64,000 bases of DNA from Hyphomicrobiales bacterium (GTDB lineage: Bacteria > Pseudomonadota > Alphaproteobacteria > Rhizobiales > OSC116): the NCBI GenBank assembly GCA_002401855.1, contig NVUH01000004.1, positions 94,314 through 158,313 of the forward strand, in the 5' to 3' direction. The notes below the pieces were generated by a model, which was not told the DNA's origin, searched no databases, and saw nothing but the letters and a program-made list of their open reading frames with translations. The first letter of the stretch is position 1, and each line of letters begins with the position of its first letter. Made by a program: the position numbers and the translations under genes. Of this stretch, positions 57,680 through 64,000 are shown piece after piece.

Positions 57680-57707
57680 GACTGTTCGATAGAAATATCG
57701 AGCAGTC
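57680..57707 (+). other. intercistronic 12-bp stem-loop with a GAAA tetraloop
   Basis: GACTGTTCGATA-GAAA-TATCGAGCAGTC (one G-U pair) with no T-run, lying between the binding-protein and permease genes. Confidence 0.45.
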
Positions 57708-57730
57708 AAAACACCTCATAAGGAGAGATC

Positions 57731-58633
57731 ATGCGCGCATTATTCTCTAGCTTAAGAGATGGCAAAGGCTTTGACATTAGCCTGATTGCCATCGCCATGG
57801 TATTTTTGATATTATTTTCTGGCGCGCCGCTGGTTTATAATGCCATTATGAGCTTTCAAGAGGTTGATATTTTTAACCTCGGCACATTCATTCGGCCATG
57901 GGTCGGGCTGGATAATTATCGCAGCTTATTTGCTGACCCCAGCACATTGCCGATTTTTTGGAATACGGTGGTTTTTGTGTTCAGCTCCATCGCTGGGCAA
58001 TTCATAGTCGGTTTTGGTTTGGCGTTGTTTTTCACGCTTAAATTCCCCGGTGCTGCCTATTTACGAGGTTTATTTTTAGTTTCATGGGTTATGCCCGGCC
58101 TGGTGGTTGGTGCCATTTGGAATTGGATATTGTCAGGCGACTTTGGCATTTTAAATCATTTTTTAAAGTCTGTTGGCTTTATTTCAGAGAATATTTTCTG
58201 GCGCTCCGATATAAATTACTCCCTATGGGCGGTGATTATTGCCAATATTTGGCTCGGCACGGCATTCAATATGATTTTACTTAGCGTTGGCCTCGCTGCC
58301 ATCCCCAGAGATGTTTATGAAGCTGCCGAATTAGACGGCGCAACCGCTATACAACGCTTTAGAACCATCACCTTGCCGATGATGCGCGCCACCATTGGCG
58401 CGGTGGTTTCACTCGGCCTTATATTCACTTTGCAACAATTCGATCTGTTCGCCGCCATCACATCAGGCGGGCCGGCCAACTCATCCAATGTCGCGCAATA
58501 TAAAGCGTGGGAAATGAGTTTTAGAGAATATGATTTTGCGCGCGGAGCAACCATTTCAGTGTTGATGATTGTGGTGGTGATGATTGCTTCGGTAATCTAT
58601 GTGCGTTCGACAAAACAGGAGGTGCGCGGATGA
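57731..58633 (+). CDS. ABC sugar transporter permease
   Basis: 300 aa, MalF-like. Confidence 0.9.
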   Translation: MRALFSSLRDGKGFDISLIAIAMVFLILFSGAPLVYNAIMSFQEVDIFNLGTFIRPWVGLDNYRSLFADPSTLPIFWNTVVFVFSSIAGQFIVGFGLALFFTLKFPGAAYLRGLFLVSWVMPGLVVGAIWNWILSGDFGILNHFLKSVGFISENIFWRSDINYSLWAVIIANIWLGTAFNMILLSVGLAAIPRDVYEAAELDGATAIQRFRTITLPMMRATIGAVVSLGLIFTLQQFDLFAAITSGGPANSSNVAQYKAWEMSFREYDFARGATISVLMIVVVMIASVIYVRSTKQEVRG

Positions 58634-59469
58634 ATGAATATGGGCAGAAAATTTGGACAAGCCGCCTGCTGCTGATTGTAGCTTTGGGTCTTGCCGTCAT
58701 CTATCTATTTCCGCTTTATTGGATGTTTGTGACCAGTTTAAAAACTGGTTCGGACGTGTTTGCCACACCGCCGGCATTGTGGCCAAAAGTTCCACAATGG
58801 TCTACCTATGCCGAGGTGTGGCAATCTAAAAACATGGCAAGATATATGGGCAATAGTCTTTATATTGCCACGGGCACAATGGCCATAACTGCAATATTAG
58901 GCACAGGTTGCGCCTATGTTTTGGCACGTTATCGCAATATGTGGATTGATATTGGCCTGTTCTTGGTGCTAATGTTGCAGGTGCTACCCGCCTCACTGAT
59001 GGTCACGCCATTATTTGTTGGGTTCAACCAAATCGGTTTGTTAGAGCTGCCGCGCACGGCGGTGATTTTAGCGCTTAGTGCCAAAACCATGCCGTTCTTT
59101 ATTATCTTGGTGCGCGCTACATTTATGGCCGTGCCACATGAGCTAGAAGAGGCTGCATTGGTCGATGGCAATTCGCGTCTTGGGGCATTTTGGAACATTG
59201 TTTTGCCGCTGGCTCGTAACGGAATTTTGGTTTCGGCCATTCTTATTTTCATGCAGGCGTTTGGCGAATTTGTTTATTCAAAATCAATGATACAGACCAG
59301 CGAATTACAACCTGCCAGTGTCGGTCTGAACTCATTCATGGGGCCAAACACCAATGAATGGAATAAAATCATGGCCTTTGCCATGATGTATGTCATGCCG
59401 ATTTTGGGAATTTTCATATTATTGCAACGTCGCATCGTTGCGGGTCTAACATCAGGAGCGTTAAAATGA
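58630..59469 (+). CDS. ABC sugar transporter permease
   Basis: 279 aa, MalG-like. ATGA overlaps on both sides. Confidence 0.9.
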   Translation: MNEYGQKIWTSRLLLIVALGLAVIYLFPLYWMFVTSLKTGSDVFATPPALWPKVPQWSTYAEVWQSKNMARYMGNSLYIATGTMAITAILGTGCAYVLARYRNMWIDIGLFLVLMLQVLPASLMVTPLFVGFNQIGLLELPRTAVILALSAKTMPFFIILVRATFMAVPHELEEAALVDGNSRLGAFWNIVLPLARNGILVSAILIFMQAFGEFVYSKSMIQTSELQPASVGLNSFMGPNTNEWNKIMAFAMMYVMPILGIFILLQRRIVAGLTSGALK

Positions 59470-60536
59470 GCGACGTTACACAAATCGAACTTAGCAATAT
59501 CAACAAACATTATGGCAGCTTCCATGCCTTAAAAGACATTAATCTAAGCATTCCCAAAGGCCAATTTGTGGCCTTGGTTGGGCCTTCTGGCTGCGGCAAA
59601 TCAACGCTTTTGCGCTCCATCGCGGGGCTAGAAAGCATTTCGAGCGGCAGCATGAGCATTGCGGGTGAAGTGGTCAATAATTTACCACCGCGCAAACGCG
59701 ATGTGGCGATGGTGTTTCAGTCCTATGCGCTTTATCCGCATATGACGGTGTTAAATAACCTGACTTATTCGCTGCGGATTAAAGGTGCTAACATGAAACA
59801 AGCCAATAAAGCCGCCGAAAAAATTGCCAAAACCATCGGCTTGTCGGATCTATTAAGCCGCTACCCGCGCGAGCTTTCAGGCGGTCAACGCCAGCGTGTC
59901 GCCATGGGACGTGCCATTATCCGCGACCCAAAGGCGTTTTTGTTCGATGAGCCATTGTCTAATTTAGATGCTTCCTTGCGGGTGCATATGCGCAAGGAAA
60001 TCCGCGCCTTGCACGATCGGTTGGGCGCAACTTCAGTTTATGTAACCCATGACCAGATCGAAGCGATGACCATGGCCGATCATGTGGTTGTGTTGTGCGA
60101 AGGCGAGATTGTGCAACAAGGCTCTCCGCTCGATTTATACGACACACCGGCCAATAAATTTGTGGCAGGTTTTATCGGTTCTCCCGCCATGAATTTTGTC
60201 GATGGGGTGATATGTGAAGATGGAAAATCAGTGCAGCTTAACTTTGATCACCCCCAAAAAATTGCACTAAATCGTAAATTACCAGCAGGTCAAAAAGTTG
60301 AGGCTGGCATGCGGCCAGAACATCTAACCATTTCGAACAATGCAGCCAATCTAAGCGCCAAAATCGCCATGACCGAAGCCACAGGCCCCATAACTTATTA
60401 TACCACCGACACCACCCCAGAATTAACCCTCATTCAACAAGGCCGCGGCACAGTGTCTACAGGTGATGAAATCGGCCTAACAATCAAGCCTGAACATATA
60501 TATTTATTTGATAAAGACACAGGCTTAGTGCTTTAA
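59466..60536 (+). CDS. ABC sugar transporter ATP-binding protein (MalK/UgpC type)
   Basis: GPSGCGKST, LSGGQRQR and LFDEP motifs, plus a C-terminal TOBE-like domain. Confidence 0.92.
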   Translation: MSDVTQIELSNINKHYGSFHALKDINLSIPKGQFVALVGPSGCGKSTLLRSIAGLESISSGSMSIAGEVVNNLPPRKRDVAMVFQSYALYPHMTVLNNLTYSLRIKGANMKQANKAAEKIAKTIGLSDLLSRYPRELSGGQRQRVAMGRAIIRDPKAFLFDEPLSNLDASLRVHMRKEIRALHDRLGATSVYVTHDQIEAMTMADHVVVLCEGEIVQQGSPLDLYDTPANKFVAGFIGSPAMNFVDGVICEDGKSVQLNFDHPQKIALNRKLPAGQKVEAGMRPEHLTISNNAANLSAKIAMTEATGPITYYTTDTTPELTLIQQGRGTVSTGDEIGLTIKPEHIYLFDKDTGLVL

Positions 60537-60552
60537 ATGGATTAACTTAAAG

Positions 60553-61485
60553 TCATAATAATTTGATGTCTTCAGCATTTCTGTCAGCCAATAACACTCC
60601 GTTTTCAACCCAAATTCGGGCATTATGAATTGTAGTGCGGCGCTCTTTACCCGTTTCTGGTATTTTTTTTGCCGCCTCATCCCATTCTGGATGAGTGAAA
60701 TAGAATAATGCTCCTTCATTGCCGTTTACGACAATGTCTGCGTGGCGGGCATAGCTTCTGTCCATGAGATCTTCGCCCGGTTTGTCGAGTATATAACCTT
60801 GTTTTACCCAGCTGCGCATATCATCTGAACGAAACACGGCGAGGCCTTTCCATTCATCGGTAATCAGCCAATGGTAGCCGCTAAGGGTAAACACATTTGG
60901 GCCTTCGTGCGGGGGGTGGTCTGGCGAACCTTGAATGACCAATTCCTCAATTTGCCACGTATACAAATCATCACTTGTCGCAGACCAAGTGCATGAACCA
61001 TGCGCCTCATCTTTATACCACATACGATATAGGCCATCGGGGCAATGCGCCACGCAAGCATCCATCACATTTGGTTTTTGAAGCGGCAATATAGATTGGC
61101 GCGTCCAATTTTCTAAATCGGGCGAAGTGAAATGGGTTAAATCTCGGTCAGATTTATCGAAATTATCGGGCGCGCCCACAAAATAGGTTAAATACATGTG
61201 ATACTCGCCTTTTGCATATATAATCTCTGGCGCCCAATGGGTATTTAATCCTTTATCTTCTGGCCTATCAAGCCCTTGAACCGTGCCTTTATATTTCCAA
61301 TCAATGCCATCAGGCGAGGTTGCGATGCCAATGGGTGAACCATTGATCCAACTTGCGCCTTTTGACGGATGGTGCGCGCGGCGATTTGTATAAAACATCC
61401 ACCATTCGTTGGTTGCTACATTGCGTATGAGGGTTGGGTCAGCCGCGCCATCTTGAATGGGGTCAGCATAATATAATTTTGTCAT
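60553..61485 (-). CDS. GH43-like five-bladed beta-propeller glycoside hydrolase, cytoplasmic
   Basis: ADPTLI, WAPEIIY and HEGPNVF motifs in GH43 order. No signal peptide. Confidence 0.7.
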   Translation of the reverse strand: MTKLYYADPIQDGAADPTLIRNVATNEWWMFYTNRRAHHPSKGASWINGSPIGIATSPDGIDWKYKGTVQGLDRPEDKGLNTHWAPEIIYAKGEYHMYLTYFVGAPDNFDKSDRDLTHFTSPDLENWTRQSILPLQKPNVMDACVAHCPDGLYRMWYKDEAHGSCTWSATSDDLYTWQIEELVIQGSPDHPPHEGPNVFTLSGYHWLITDEWKGLAVFRSDDMRSWVKQGYILDKPGEDLMDRSYARHADIVVNGNEGALFYFTHPEWDEAAKKIPETGKERRTTIHNARIWVENGVLLADRNAEDIKLL

Positions 61486-61509
61486 TTTTTCGCACTCAAA
61501 AATCTCAAA

Positions 61510-62424
61510 TCAGCTATATTCTCTGACTTGTCTGGTGTCTTCGTAAGTCCGCATTTTGCCAATTTGGCCTTCGTTGCGGTTTACAATTTCAATTAAATCA
61601 GTTGCAGGCGCCAATTGACCATTTCCAGCATCGGCGATAGATAGCACCGATGCCTTCAATAGCTGGGAATATGGATGTTTAGGGTCATCCAATATTGGTC
61701 GTGCAGGTCCCATTTCCACGACAAGGCCTTTTTGCATGATGATGATGCGATCTGAAATATAATATGCAGTGGCTAAATCGTGAGTGATGTAAATCACGTT
61801 CACCCCAAAATCATCTCTCAGTGATTGCAATAAATTTACAATCGACATTTTTAAAGAGGCATCAACCATTGAGACTGGTTCATCGGCCACTAAAAGAGAT
61901 GGGTTACAAATCAATGCCCGCGCAATGGCCGTACGTTGCAATTGACCGCCTGATAATTCATGTGGGTAGCGCCCCATAATTTCTGCATGGCTCAAGCCAA
62001 CTTTTTGCAAGTTATCATCGATAATGGTTTTCACTTCCTCATCATCTTCTATTTGCAATAATTCCTTGGTGGTCGACACCAAATATTGATCAATTTTCTT
62101 AAGCGGGTTAAACGCTTCAAATGGGTTTTGAAACACTGGTTGAACCGACCGCATAAAATTCATACGCGTTGATCGATTTGCATTGCCATCAACGCGCTTG
62201 CCTTCATGCAAAATCTCGCCATGGGTGGTTGTTTCTAAACCTAATATCATGCGCGCCAATGTGGTTTTACCAGATCCACTCTCGCCAATAATTGTAAATA
62301 TTTCTGGCTTATTTTTATCTAGGGTAAAACTAACATCATTGACTGCAGTTAGTTTTTTATTGCTAAACAAGCCCCCCGTGTTGAATTTCTTCACTACGTT
62401 TTTAACTTCTAATAACTTATTCAT
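61510..62424 (-). CDS. oligopeptide/dipeptide ABC transporter ATP-binding protein (OppF/DppF type)
   Basis: GESGSGKTT, LSGGQLQR and VADEP motifs. Confidence 0.9.
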   Translation of the reverse strand: MNKLLEVKNVVKKFNTGGLFSNKKLTAVNDVSFTLDKNKPEIFTIIGESGSGKTTLARMILGLETTTHGEILHEGKRVDGNANRSTRMNFMRSVQPVFQNPFEAFNPLKKIDQYLVSTTKELLQIEDDEEVKTIIDDNLQKVGLSHAEIMGRYPHELSGGQLQRTAIARALICNPSLLVADEPVSMVDASLKMSIVNLLQSLRDDFGVNVIYITHDLATAYYISDRIIIMQKGLVVEMGPARPILDDPKHPYSQLLKASVLSIADAGNGQLAPATDLIEIVNRNEGQIGKMRTYEDTRQVREYS

Positions 62425-63428
62425 TGAATGGCCTCCGCTAGCGGTTTGACTTTATCGCTATGGAAGCACGCCACACGACGGCCTTGCCCAATGTCAATCA
62501 ATTCTGGGTTTTCTTGACTGCATTTATCTGTAGCTATTGGGCAACGCGGGTGAAATCTGCAGCCATTTGGCGGGGTGGCCAAACTTGGTGGTTTGCCTTC
62601 TAAAGATGTGCGCCTTTGCGTGTCGCCAATTCTTGGAATTGAGGAAACCAAATGATAGGTATACGGGTGTTTTGGTTGCTCAAACATCAGCTTTGTTGGC
62701 CCTTCTTCAACCAAACGCCCTGCATAAAATATACCAATGCGGTCGGTTATATTGGCATGAACAGACATATCATGGGTCACAAACACCACCGAAGAGCCCA
62801 TTTCTTGCTGAATGCCTCTGATCATTGATAAAACTTCCTTTTGCACCACAACGTCTAATGCTGTCGTCGGTTCATCAGCAATGATGAATTTGGGGCGGCA
62901 CACTGTGGCCAAAGCAATGGTTACGCGTTGGCGCATGCCACCAGATAATTCATGCGGGTAAGAATTTAAAATATCTGGCGATAATTTTAATTTTTCTAAA
63001 TGTTCAATCACCAAAGGTTTAAACGCAGCTTTACTCACCCCCATTGGTTTTAGTGCAAAATCTTCAAATGTTTTGCCAATTTTTCGCACTGGGTTTAAGA
63101 CGCTCATCGAGCCTTGCATTATATAACTGAAGTGGCTCCAGCGAAGCGCGTCAACTTTTGATTTGTCTTCTGCATATGGATCAATTTTAACATCACCAAA
63201 ATCAAACTTAATGTCACCATCGACAATTTCAAATGGCGGGCGCATGGCTGCGGCAAACACCTTAATTAATGAGGTTTTGCCACTCGAACTTTCGCCGGCA
63301 ATGCCATATATTTCGTTTTTACGAATGGTAAGGCTCACATTATCGACCGCCCTCACCTCGCGTTTGGTGCCGAAATAATTCATAATATAATAAGCTTTGA
63401 GCTTATTCACTGTTAGCACATCACTCAT
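62421..63428 (-). CDS. oligopeptide/dipeptide ABC transporter ATP-binding protein (OppD/DppD type)
   Basis: [17 protein letters not shown] and IADEP motifs, plus the C-terminal CRFHPRCP motif. Confidence 0.9.
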   Translation of the reverse strand: MSDVLTVNKLKAYYIMNYFGTKREVRAVDNVSLTIRKNEIYGIAGESSSGKTSLIKVFAAAMRPPFEIVDGDIKFDFGDVKIDPYAEDKSKVDALRWSHFSYIMQGSMSVLNPVRKIGKTFEDFALKPMGVSKAAFKPLVIEHLEKLKLSPDILNSYPHELSGGMRQRVTIALATVCRPKFIIADEPTTALDVVVQKEVLSMIRGIQQEMGSSVVFVTHDMSVHANITDRIGIFYAGRLVEEGPTKLMFEQPKHPYTYHLVSSIPRIGDTQRRTSLEGKPPSLATPPNGCRFHPRCPIATDKCSQENPELIDIGQGRRVACFHSDKVKPLAEAIQ

Positions 63429-64000
63429 GAGCCACCTCCCATACGCCGCAGCCTTTGCCGCGGGTCAATATACTCATTCAATGAGACGGATAATAAATAC
63501 AAGCCAAGGAATGTCATGGCTATAAAGACAACCGGAATAAGGATCCACCACCAAATACCAGCAATCATCGCGCTGTGGTTATTTGCCCAATATAACATGG
63601 TGCCAAATGTCGGTATGGAAATATTGGCAAAACCTAAAACTGCCAAAGTCACTTCTATACCGATCGACCAAATCATATTGGCGAGGGCGGTTGAGAATAC
63701 GATGGGCATGATATAGGGTAAATGTTCTTTCAGCACGATTTTATACATCGGCATGCCCGAAAACCTAGCGTGTTGAGTGAATTCGCGATGTTTTAAACTT
63801 AACATCATAGAACGGATGAGCCGCGCATCAAACGCCCAGCCAAGCAGCGCCACTAAAATTGCTAAGTTAAGTGTGGTTAAATCATCTCTTAAAACAAAGA
63901 AAAACAAAACTAGAATTGGAAATACAGGTATCGATACAAAGATATCATTCACAAACATCAGAATGCGATCTGCCCATCCGCCTGCATAGCCCGAAACCAA
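63425..64000 (-). CDS. oligopeptide/dipeptide ABC transporter permease (OppC/DppC type), C-terminal part; 5' end beyond the right edge
   Basis: Open to the window edge with a typical EAA-loop region. ATGA overlap with the downstream ATPase gene. Confidence 0.85.
   Translation of the reverse strand: MVSGYAGGWADRILMFVNDIFVSIPVFPILVLFFFVLRDDLTTLNLAILVALLGWAFDARLIRSMMLSLKHREFTQHARFSGMPMYKIVLKEHLPYIMPIVFSTALANMIWSIGIEVTLAVLGFANISIPTFGTMLYWANNHSAMIAGIWWWILIPVVFIAMTFLGLYLLSVSLNEYIDPRQRLRRMGGGS

Noticed and set aside
1-64000. A search for tRNA, rRNA, riboswitch-like leaders, IS elements, restriction-modification, toxin-antitoxin or CRISPR-Cas loci.
   Set aside because: I recognised none by eye. Cloverleaf-like or riboswitch structures cannot be excluded without tRNAscan-SE or Infernal.

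Overview
64-kb chromosomal window from a moderately AT-rich, probably marine proteobacterium; the operon styles look alphaproteobacterial, but that is inference only. I saw no rRNA, tRNA, CRISPR array, IS element or integrase. Most of the window is carbon-catabolism housekeeping. It contains glgB-glgC-glgA-glgX (1-6123, -). It contains branched-chain keto-acid dehydrogenase E1a/E1b/E2 plus an Lrp regulator (8639-12699, -). A long co-directional glycerol regulon runs glpD, 2 ATPases, 2 permeases, DUF2160, binding protein, glpK and a second permease pair (12750-23566, -), with divergent glpR. Further on are msrA-selO, HxlR plus an ABC-2 exporter, and pobA/pobR with a TRAP transporter. Then come kduD/kduI with a second TRAP transporter and a GntR regulator, an RRM protein, a methyltransferase, an epimerase and a NIT-HAMP-GGDEF-EAL protein. 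A LacI-controlled sugar ABC locus carries Gfo/Idh/MocA and xylose-isomerase-like TIM genes and a GH43-like hydrolase. The window ends in the tail of an Opp/Dpp peptide ABC operon. Three accessory stretches deserve a second look. (1) An orphan phage-type lysis cassette (7213-8630) has a TIGR02594/CHAP-like amidase with a C-terminal membrane anchor plus an overlapped i-/o-spanin pair. (2) An orphan phage tail-fibre-like gene pair lies at 24582-26050. (3) A visibly low-GC envelope island (26.1-31.7 kb) encodes a membrane-anchored helical protein and a PPP-type phosphatase. It also encodes a secreted, very acidic protein built from nine near-identical 45-bp tandem repeats, a periplasmic BTLCP-type transglutaminase-like cysteine peptidase and a stand-alone O-antigen-ligase-family membrane protein. 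I recognised no known anti-phage defence system. All functional calls rest on motif recognition by eye and on gene context, not on database searches.
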